Below, in pieces: positions 53,264 through 64,000 of a DNA stretch of 64,000 nt; within the stretch, counting starts at the first letter, position 1, and every line of letters starts with the position of its first letter. The translations under genes and the position numbers were made by a program. The notes beneath the pieces are model-generated. The model saw only the letters and a list, made by a program, of their open reading frames with translations. It was not told the origin of the DNA and did not search any database. The DNA comes from Octopus vulgaris. Its lineage: Eukaryota. The stretch is taken from contig OX597827.1 in NCBI GenBank assembly GCA_951406725.2, positions 27,404,001 to 27,468,000 of the forward strand. The letters are read 5' to 3'.

Positions 53264-53580
53264 TACAACGGCTGAGTAAAAAGTATGCAACGATTTGAAA
53301 CATGAAATTCATCACAATATTTTTCAACAATGCGGTAATTTTATTCCTCTAAGTAAGTACCATTACAATCAACACATTTTTGCCAACGGGTTTCATGTTT
53401 GTTTATTCCGGTAACATAAAAAGCGTGAGTTCTGGAACTGAGGAACTCTTTCAACGTACTTTCAGCATCAGTTTGATTTTTGAAATCCTTCTCTCGCAGG
53501 AACCATAAAGGTGCTTGAAAAAGTGGTAGTCGGGTGGAGAAAAGTCTGGGGAATAAACTGGGTGGTGAAGAACTTCGACT
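53264..53580 (-). mobile_element. mariner transposase 3' fragment with right end
   Basis: YSPD-like region then FYVTGINKHETRWQKCVDCNGTYLEE-stop. Confidence 0.8.
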
Positions 53581-53761
53581 GCAGCCATACTGGAGCACCA
53601 CATTTAGTCAAACAAATCGACTCCAAGACTTATTCTTTGTAAGCCTAGTACTTGTTCTATCGGTATCTTTTGCCCAACCGCTAAGTTACGGGGGCGTAAA
53701 CACACCAACATCAGTTGTCAAGCGATGTTTGGGGGACAAACACAGACACACACGCACACAC

Positions 53762-53800
<39 letters not shown>

Positions 53801-53957
53801 GCTTCTTTCAGTTTCCGTCTACCAAATCTACTCACAAGGTTTGGTCGGCCCGAGGCTATAGTAGAAGAAACGTGCTCAAGGTGCCACACAGTGGGACTGA
53901 ACCCAGAACCATGTGGTTGAGATGCAAGCTTCTTACCACACAGCTACTCCTGCGCCT
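53575..53957 (-). mobile_element. tRNA-derived SINE family 1
   Basis: Full reverse-complement copy ending ...ttaccacacagctactcctgcgcc. Confidence 0.85.
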
Positions 53958-54582
53958 AAATCATCTTGTGGTATATATTAACTTTTACATGGAAAAGGTC
54001 TGAGAGGGGTTTCAGGCTTTTGTTGCTTGCCTTCTTCATCCATTTTGATGAAGGTGAGCTAGCTGAAACGTTGAAGTCACCATGAACTTTTCCTTTATAA
54101 GAATCTCCCAAGCACGCGTTCTAGTGAAAAGCAATAAGTGCTAATAATAAATTGCATGATAATGTTTTATCATATAGCTTAACATAAAAACCAAACGTCA
54201 GTCTACTATCTACCTCGCTGTCTATGTATGTACGCTAGTATGTGTACGTATGTATGTATGGATGTATGTATGTATGTATGTATGTATGTATGTATGTATG
54301 TATGTATGTATGTATGTATGTACGCTAGTATGTGTACGTACGTATGTATGTATGTATGTATGTATGTATGTATGTATGTATGTATGTATGTATGTATGTA
54401 TGTATGTATGTATGTATGTATGTATGCGTGTGTGTGTCTGTGTCTGTGTGTGTGCATGTTCGTGTGTCTGTGTGTGTGTGTAATTTGTGTCATTTCCTTC
54501 AGAGAACAGAGAACCTACTCAACAGGATGAATTTTTTTATGCGATAAACATCAAGATATATCTGGATACTCACATCATCCAT

Positions 54583-54636
<54 letters not shown>

Positions 54637-54683
54637 AACTACTACTACTACTACTGCAGCTGCAGCTCCTGCTCCTGCTGCCG

Positions 54684-54791
<108 letters not shown>

Positions 54792-54810
54792 TAATAATAA
54801 TAATAATAAC

Positions 54811-54864
<54 letters not shown>

Positions 54865-55089
54865 TAATAATAATAATAATGATGATGATGACACTAACAG
54901 CCATAATGATAATAATGACGATCGTCGGTTATTTTTAACTGTCCAGATTCACAAGTTTTTGCCATAATTTCTCTTCTTCCTCTGAAAAGAGAAAATAATT
55001 GAGTCTTTCTCTCTCTTTTTCACCCCCTCTCTCTCTCTCTTTCTGTTCCGCACTGTCTCGCTCTGCCCCACATACTCTCGCAGTCATGA

Positions 55090-55132
<43 letters not shown>

Positions 55133-55953
55133 AATTTACGAAGGCGAAATCTATTTCCAGTGCCGTGAACGTTGTTGTTGTTATTGTTAATGATTCTAAC
55201 TGCTGCCGTTGTTGTTGTATTTCTTGTTGTTTTTGTCGCTAGAATTGGTTTTAAACACGACACTGGCTGCAGTCATCTCTTATGAAAATGTCCTTAATAT
55301 GTCGGCAGACATTTGGAAACTGTCAATTGTGAAAATATACAACTAACCGTTTTCTCCCAGAAGAATTCTTCAATTTGATTTACATATATATTAGATTTCA
55401 ATTACGCTCACATCACAAACGTATATAAATATGTGTGTGTGTGTGTGTGTGTGTCCATGTGTACACTGATTCGCATGTATGTATATCTGTTCGTATGCAT
55501 ATGGGTTCCGTTTTGTTATTTTTTAATTCCCAAACCGAATTTTTTAGGTATCACACTCTTAGATACCGTCACATAAACGCACACGTACGCAATATACCCA
55601 CGCACGCGCACGCGTACACACGCACACACATACACACACGCACACACGGTTACAATCATATACGGATTTCCCATTAAAGCGTTTTTTAAGGTTACACATT
55701 GACCACGCATCCTATAATTTCTCCATAAGTGTCAAAATATGTGCAAAACGTAAATTCTGTGTGTTTGTGTGTGTGTTTCTGTTTATGTGTATGTGTGTGT
55801 GCGTGCGCGCGCGCACGTGCCTGTATGTATACATACACACACATATTTATTATTGTTATTCAAAACATTTTGGTTCGACCCCGCGCAACTTAAGGTTTTG
55901 TAGGTTCTTTAGAAAACATAGCTCGTCGGGATATACATGTATTATTATATATA

Positions 55954-56032
<79 letters not shown>

Positions 56033-56588
56033 TATATAAACATTTTATGTACAAAAATATTTACAAATGTACTTTTGTATATATGCATGCATATATGTAT
56101 CTGGAAACGCACACGCTTATATAAACTCTTACACATGTATATCATGTATACACATAACAAGTTCAAATTTTGGCACAAGGCCAGCAATTTCGGGAGGGGA
56201 TTTAAGTCGATTAGATTGACTCCAGGATTCAACTGGTATTTCTTTTATCTACCCTGGAAGGATGAAAAGCAAAGTCGACCACGGCGGAATTTGAACTCAG
56301 AATGTACAGATGGTCGAAATGCCATTAAGCATTTTGCCAGCTGAACCAACAGCAAAGTTGTTGCAAGACTAACTTTGCAGCAATCATGTATACGCAATAT
56401 GTTACATATATCATACCTCGATACTGTACGAACTGAGATCCCAGCTGATAGACTGCTGATATAAAATAAAATATTCAACACTTGTCACATGGAAATTAGT
56501 GGCTCCAGTTCTGAAGCTACTGGATTACATGTATATATAACCAGTTTGGTTGCTTATTTCTCTGAGATTGGTCAAGTGATGCACATCC

Positions 56589-56745
56589 CTGATGAGACCC
56601 CAAGAAGACCATAAATTCTCTGATGAGACCCCAGTAAGAAACGAAATCTTTCTGATGAGACCCCAATAAGAACCGAAATCTTTATGATGGGACCCCAGTA
56701 AGAACCGAAAGTCTTCTGATGAGACCCCAATAAGACCCGAAAATC
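56589..56745 (+). repeat. 32-bp minisatellite x5 containing CTGATGAG...CGAAA
   Basis: Units start at 56589, 56620, 56652, 56684, 56716; consensus ctgatgagaccccartaagaaccgaaatcttt. Confidence 0.9.
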
Positions 56746-56971
56746 AATTTAGGCTCTCCATACATATTCACTCAACGAAGAAATTGTTAATGACACAAAT
56801 AGGCCTTTATCGATTTCTTTTTAGTCAAACGAATTGGCACCAGTATTTAATTTTAGTTTTTGAAATTAGGTACTAACTTAATTGGCTTCAAGGTCCGAAC
56901 CACTAAGTTATTAAGACGTAAACAAACTAATACCAGTCGTCAAGCAGTAGCGGGGGCACAGAAACACAGAT

Positions 56972-57135
<164 letters not shown>

Positions 57136-59336
57136 TTATACATCATATCATCAATATCTATAAATCTGAAATGCGAAAAATTTGTTTGTCTGGTTTTGGC
57201 ATTGGAACGGGTTAAAGGGCACTAGATCCCGTCGGATTGACTCCAAAATTTACAAAAAACATGTAAAATGAAGTGAGAATGTGAGTGGGATAGGTTAGAA
57301 ATCCCTATCTTAAAAGGTGTTGTTACTAGGGCAAAAAACGCACACTTAGACAAGTCTTCTCTCATTCTCTTATCTGCCAGTCTTCCGCCGTCTCTCTCTC
57401 TTTCCTCCATTCCTTTCACTTTCTCTCTATAACGTCGTTTGACAGTGTCTACTATATTTCCCCCGCCGCCTTCACTCTTTCGCCCACATCCTCACTTTCT
57501 CGCTCTCTCTCTCTCTCTCTACGTCTGTCTGTATTCATAGAGAGAATTATTATCGGCACCACCTTAATGTTAGTGTTTTGCTGTCTGCCTTCAAGAAGAC
57601 TTTTCCGTTGTCACTGCCTGATATTTATGATTGATCTTTCAAAATATTTACTTTCTCAACTTACTCAAGATCTTTTGTTGTTTATAAATGGGAGAGAGAG
57701 AGATAGAGAAAGATAGAGAGTAAGAGAAAGCGAGGGAGAGTCCGAGAGAAAGAGAGAGTAAGAGAGTGGGAAGTGAGAGAGAAGGGAGAGAGAAACAAAG
57801 AGGTAGAATGTGGTGTTAAAAAACAGAAAGGAAGCAACAGAAAGTAACAACCACACTCTTTCCCGCGCGTAGAGCGGGTCACCTTAAGGCAGTATATATA
57901 TATATATATGTACACATATACACATACATATATACATACACTCACTGACTAATATATATATATATATAAAATACAAACATACACACATGTATACATGAAT
58001 ACATATATACGGGCAACTAGGTACATATGTTTTTCTAGCTCTATATATATGCATATGTACAAATGTATGTATGTATATATGTATTCATACATGCATGTAT
58101 GTATATATGTATGTATGTATGCAGTTATCTATGTACTCTTGTATGTGTGTAAAGATGTATATGATACATGTGTGTATAATTCTGTTACAGAGAGGAAGAG
58201 GGAGAAAAATGAGCGAGAGAGAGTGGGGAGCGAGAGAACGCGAGAGAGGAAAGAGCTAGAGGTGGTGGCAGTTATGTATAAGGGGGGGGGGGACACATTT
58301 CTCCCCGCTTTGCATTGAAAGATTGCAAGATTAACTGATTAAACCGTCATGTGGGAAAGTTTGAATTTATTTCCTCTTAGAAGGAAAAACATTCCATATG
58401 TATATATATATACAACTTTGTCACCTACACTTCCATCTATTCGACCCCGACTACACAGTCTCATAATGTGACAGAGAGGGTGTTAGAAGACCAAGTGAGT
58501 AGGAAGGCGGGTGAGGCTAGATTAAATTATAACGTCCAGAGGAACTGGGCCCCATTAAAATGCTTTCCACGCAAACAAAAGTGGCATTCCATTCAGTCAG
58601 TCACTTCATTGCCTCTCTGACGTCATCGCATGTATTATTTTACATCACCACTTGTTTGAATTCTTGTTTGCATCACATCCCAACGATGTGTGTTAATTAT
58701 TCGAGAGTATGTATGCGCGTCTATGCGTGTGTGCGCGGGTATATATATATATGTGTGTATGCCGATAGTAATTAGCATCTAAACCACATGGTTCCGGGTT
58801 CAGTCTCACTGCGTGGCACCTTGGGCAAGTGCCTTCTATTCTACCTTCAGACAGGCACAATCCTTTTGAATGGATGTGGAAGATGGAAACTGAAAGAAGC
58901 CCACCGTATTGTGTTTATATTTATGTGCGCATGTGTGCGCGAGTTTTATCTCCAGCACCATTTCGCAACCCGCGCTGGTTGGTTTACGTCCCCGTAACTT
59001 AGTGGTTTAGCAATAGAATAGAATAAGTTTCTGGCTTAAAAAGAAAATTTAATATTGGGGTCTATTCGTGTGGTTAAAATTCTTCAGAACGGTGCCCCAG
59101 CTTGGCCGCAGTTGAATGGCTGAAACAAGCACAAGAAATATGTATGTATATATCTTTTGTGTTTTATCTTTTACTTGTCTCAATTACTGGACTGCGGCCA
59201 TGCTGCAGCAGATCTTTGAAGGATTTTGTTAAATAAATCATCAGTCTTATTTATTTTTTCCAGCGTGTCCTTCTCTCTAACCGTTAAGTTACCGGCATAA
59301 GAACAAACTAATGTATACACTTATACATATACATAT

Positions 59337-59496
59337 AGAAGTGGCTGTGTGGTATGTAGCTTGCTTGCCAACCACATGGTTCCGGGTTCGGTCCCACGGC
59401 GTGGCACCTTGGACAAGTGTCTTCTTCTATAGCCTCGGACCGACCAAAGCCTTGTGAGTGGATTTGATAGACGGAAACTAAAAGAATCTCGTCGTA

Positions 59497-59580
<84 letters not shown>

Positions 59581-59775
59581 TTTGTCCCACCCCCGAACAT
59601 CGCTTGACAACCGATGCTGGTGTGTTTACGTCCCCGTAGCTTAGCGCTTCGGCAAAAAGATAAGTACTAGGCTTACAAAGAATAAATCCTGGGGGCGATT
59701 TGCTCAACTAAAGGCGGTGCACCAGCATGGCCGCAGTCAAATGACTGAAACAAGTAAAATGAGTAAAAGAGTAAA
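59337..59775 (+). mobile_element. tRNA-derived SINE family 1
   Basis: gtggctgtgtggtatgtagcttgc...ccgggttcggtcccac...cagcatggccgcagtc. Confidence 0.85.
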
Positions 59776-60004
59776 TGAGACATAGAAACATTTGTATTCA
59801 TATATGCATAAACATATATATATACAAACACTCACAAACACACACACATTCATATATATCATTAAAAAGGCGAAATTGTTATGATTTTTGGACGATATCT
59901 GATGATGGGTGAGCATGGTTTTTACTTGTGCGTGGTTTTTTCCTTGAGCTCGTTTGTTGTCCTTCGGTGCAATTTTTAATCTTATACACACACACTAACA
60001 GAGA

Positions 60005-60039
<35 letters not shown>

Positions 60040-60984
60040 AGAGAGAGTAAGAGAGAGAGTAAAAGACAGAGTAAAAGAGCGAGTAAGAGAGAAAGAGATA
60101 GGAGCGATTGTAATCGACATCAACGTCAGAAACCCTACATGGTTTCTAAACCTGCTAGTAATAGCAAGCAACGAACATCTCAGTCACATCTAACGGTTTG
60201 AAATGAAGCACACATCGAACGATGAAATCAAGTGTCTATAAAAATATGAGGGAGACGGCCAAGGCTGGAAGTTCTTAATTACAAGTCTGTTTCCTCAATT
60301 AGGTCTAATCTCGGGCAGAATTTTCTTGAAAAATTCTTTGAAGTTTGGTGAAGAAAGGGTGGAGAAAGGAGACAGAGTGAAAAACAATGAGAGAAGAGGA
60401 GAAAATAGAGATACAGAGGGGTGGGGAGAAGGTCTGTAGAGTACAGTGAGTATATTTTTAATTATGTATGTTAAAATATGTATTAAATTTAATTAGATTT
60501 TATTTAGATTTAAGCTTGGGCCTAAAAGCCACATATTTATCCTTCTTCACAGACGTAATATTACCGGTCGCAGGCATTTTAAAAAAAATTAAGAATGCAA
60601 TTACAATATGTATGACTGAAAAAGTAATTATTCGTCTTTCCCCAACTCACTCTGTCACTGCCTTCTCTCATTCGCTCTCTACAGTATGTATACTCATACA
60701 AATATAAATACATACACACCCATGTATATCCAAACATGCATACAAACATATATACATCTACATTTACACACACACACATAAAAAAATATATATACATATA
60801 TATATACATATATATATATGTATATATATAGAAGGTAGCATATATAGACCCGGCCCTTCCGAAACCAGCATTCTATCATCAGGATAAGTCAAGTTACAAT
60901 AACATAAATAATATAAGTAGTGATGGTAGCCTGAGGAATGTCGATACAAGTACAACTAGCATAAATATAGATAACATAAATAAT

Positions 60985-62120
60985 TTGCGGTTCAGGGGAG
61001 GCCATTGTAGGCCAAAACCCATTATTCAACCCAGAGATGCCCACCTTAATGTTAGAGTTGACTCCCCGAGCCAGTACAAGAACAAGAAGAACTATATTTG
61101 GTTTGTAATTCTCTTTGGTAAACAAATAAGATCTAACCTACCGTTGCAGTTTCGCCAAGCAATTTCCAGAAATTTTCCCAGAAATTCGAGATATTACTCC
61201 ACTATAAATTCACACAAAGTTAGGATAGCCTTCTCCAATACTAAAAATCTTTCACAGATAATTTCCTCCCATAACAATAAGCTGCTAAATAAGACCCTCT
61301 CACCCATGAGCGGAGACTCTGCTCCGTCTAATTCCAACATAACACGCAGTAATAATAATAATGATAATAATAGAACTGGCACAGATATTAGCAACCACCA
61401 TACCAACATTGGAGTTAGTAATAGTAATAAGGATAAGAGCAATGATCTCGTCATTAATGTAAGTAATGGTAATAAGGATAAGAGCACTGATCTAGTCATT
61501 AATGTAGGGAGTCCCAACAATAATATTAGCAGCGGTTTTAACAACAGTAGTATTACGGACATTAGCAATCACAGCATTCACAGTAACAGGGAATATGCAG
61601 GTGATATTGCCTTAAATAGTTAATGATAATGGGGTGAATAATATCGAATCCAGCGGTAGTTCTTACAATCATCATAGTAATAAGAACGCTGTATTAATAT
61701 CGGAAACCAATCCCAATAGAATAAGGTTCTTATCTAGTAACTCCAAGATTAGAAACGCCATTTACCTAGTGCAGAGTTTATACTGATTCAGATGTCTACA
61801 TTTATATCGGAGCTTCATCATCGAAATTGGCTGTTAGAATATCGAATCATTTTTCCACGTTTCGTGATAAGGAAAAGCAACACGCTACGGGACTAAGTAA
61901 ATTAGTCTGGCGTTTGAAGAACGCGAATTCAACTTTTAGACTGGAATGGTCAATTTTATCGGTGTCTTTACCGTTTGATAAGGACAAAAAAATCTGTGCT
62001 CTTTGTAACTCGGAACTCTTTCATATTCTGTTCGCCCGAGGGCACCTTGTTAACTCGATTGTGCAAAATTCTTTCAGATGCCCACACTGGAAACGGCATA
62101 CATTTCTCTCATACCAATGA
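60985..62120 (+). pseudogene. Penelope-like element ORF C-terminus with GIY-YIG endonuclease (frameshifted)
   Basis: IWFVILF...YYSTINSHKVRIAFSNTKNLSQIISSHN linker; NAIY...YIGAS; RISNHFSTFR...LSKLVW...WSIL...CALCNSE. Confidence 0.85.
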
Positions 62121-62711
62121 AGTCTAATATAGTTAACCCCTTGATTTCCTAAGAAAATGAAAAAAATTTGAATTAAATTTGTAAGGGGATATCACTCCCC
62201 TGTTAGTGTAAGAACTGCTAGTTGTCTAAAACTGCTGACATTCCTGTCAGCAGCACTGTATCCTGCCATGACCATTGTTGACACCCCCCTCTCTCTATCA
62301 ACTGGTTACAGACGAACACACAGACAGTCTTTTCTGTTGCTTGACCATTAATACCAACTATATCTCTCTCCCTTGCTGCCTTCTAAACACACTGCCCCAC
62401 ATACATAGACGCACACACACATACATGAAAGCAATTTCTCACACTCAAACACTCTAGCACTCATTCTTAAAACAATTCAAATATTAACACCAGTCATACA
62501 GAATACATTCACACTCTTTGATTTTGCTGTACTCCCCTTCTGTTAACCGGATTTTGACCTTGAATTATCTTAACGGACTTTCTCGTCGGCTTTCACCCAG
62601 CCTGGCGTCAACGCATATTGATAGACAGTTTGTGCCATTTATTCCATGGGCTCCTCGTGAGCGTTTGTCGAAAAGCTTGCTGTGCATTTTGTTGGAGAAT
62701 TAAGTTCCTGG

Positions 62712-62797
62712 ATTTTCCTGAAGAGAAGGCTGCAAAATGGACTCCTTATTCAATCCGAATTAGAGACTTTGCAGCCTTTGAAACATATGTAGAAAAT
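62712..62797 (+). ncRNA. type I hammerhead in the 3' pLTR of the Penelope element
   Basis: attttc-CTGAAGA-gaaggctgcaaa...tttgcagccttt-GAAA-catat-GTA-gaaaat. Confidence 0.88.
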
Positions 62798-63001
62798 AAT
62801 AAAAAGGAATTTTGTTAAATCTTCGTTCAGCTCCATTTCTTCCTACACTAAATATATAAAACTTCAAATTTCCGCACTAAGGCACGGATTTTAGGTCTCA
62901 TGGTCGTAACCTCAACCGTGCTTTTTCTGTTGTGATTTTTGCTACCCAGGTGTCGGTTATCATTTGAATAATCCGTAATAAGATAATTCATTTATCTACT
63001 T

Positions 63002-63060
<59 letters not shown>

Positions 63061-63063
<3 letters not shown>

Positions 63064-63245
63064 TTTATTTAAAGCAGCAGAAAATTCAACAAAACCTGTT
63101 ACTCTGAGAAAAAACTGTCCGACGAACAGAAACGTGAAACTCAGAGTAACAGGTTTTGTTGAATTTTCTGCTGCTTTAAATAAAGCATATTACTCTACCA
63201 CTGGTATTTGAGTACTCTTTTTCCACCTTGTTTCACATTTATGTG
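63061..63245. mobile_element. fold-back Penelope-type pLTR remnant with hammerhead at 63115-63152
   Basis: 63063-63108 inverted at 63140-63185; ctgt-CCGACGA-ac-agaaac-gt-GAAA-ctcaga-GTA-acag. Confidence 0.7.
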
Positions 63246-63360
63246 TTTACTCCGGTATATATATACATATACATATACATATACACATACAAATACATAT
63301 ATAAGCACAGGTACATACATATATATATACATACATATATGCATACATACATACACACAC

Positions 63361-63509
<149 letters not shown>

Positions 63510-63568
63510 GTAGATAGATGAGTGTATTTTCCCCTTGTTAACGGAAATATATACAATTAGTTACACCA

Positions 63569-63660
63569 TTTTATTCCTTTGGAATAATATCAGTGATATC
63601 TTCGAAACATGTGTCGGAAGTAAAAGAATTTGAATAACATCTGCGTTTAACTCCATTTAT
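63569..63660 (+). mobile_element. truncated pLTR fragment with the 3' half of a hammerhead
   Basis: ttattcctttggaat...tcttc-GAAA-catgt-GTC-ggaag, homologous to the 1690-1790 minus strand. Confidence 0.55.
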
Positions 63661-64000
63661 ATATATATATAATTGAAGTTGCAGAAATGACGTACACGGA
63701 ATGAATAATGTGACGTAATCCAATGGTAGAAATAGATCCATGAATCGGGTGCTCTTCCGAAACAAGAAAAACTGGAGAGTCCAAGATGAAGGAGGCAAAA
63801 AAGTTGCCAACAATCACGTGTGGTTTACATTTTTGAAATGACTGGAAGTCAGTGCTTTCTGGGATAAGATGTACACACGCGTATCAACGAATTTAGAAGT
63901 CCAAAAGAGCCTTGAACGTGGGTAGTGTCCGTCTCGAATTCTCCGAAAGAAAAAAAAACATGGAAAAGAAATCCAAAAGAAATCGCTTACGTAGATATGT

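Noticed and set aside
54040-54080. Hammerhead ttgatga...gaaacgtt
   Set aside because: The core is mutated and stems I and II pair poorly; at most a decayed relic
56589-56745. CRISPR-like array
   Set aside because: Units are contiguous with no unique spacers, there are no cas genes, and the context is eukaryotic

Overview
AT-rich, microsatellite-saturated animal DNA. The tRNA-derived SINE families and repeat make-up suggest an octopod cephalopod (inference). No host protein-coding gene can be supported, and almost all listed ORFs are microsatellite artefacts. The window is a retroelement landscape: a near full-length Tx1/L1-clade LINE (18437-23922, minus, 17-bp TSD), a decayed CR1-type LINE (24352-27990), several R4/Dong-type REL fragments in (TAA)n, RTE tails, a Penelope-like GIY-YIG element with many pseudo-LTR remnants carrying minimal hammerhead ribozymes (HHR), mariner remnants and many SINEs. 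The main result is two diverged non-coding ~355-nt repeat families, B (18206-24279) and A (37831-38908). Each unit carries a covarying type I hammerhead with an atypical core, the two share a 38/39-nt identical block, and both are arranged as tandem copies plus an inverted copy in (TA)n. They look like non-LTR retrozymes (circRNA-forming retroelements). The Tx1 LINE has inserted into family B right at the hammerhead, suggesting a LINE that targets and possibly exploits a ribozyme retroelement. All RNA folds were read by eye and none has been computed or tested.
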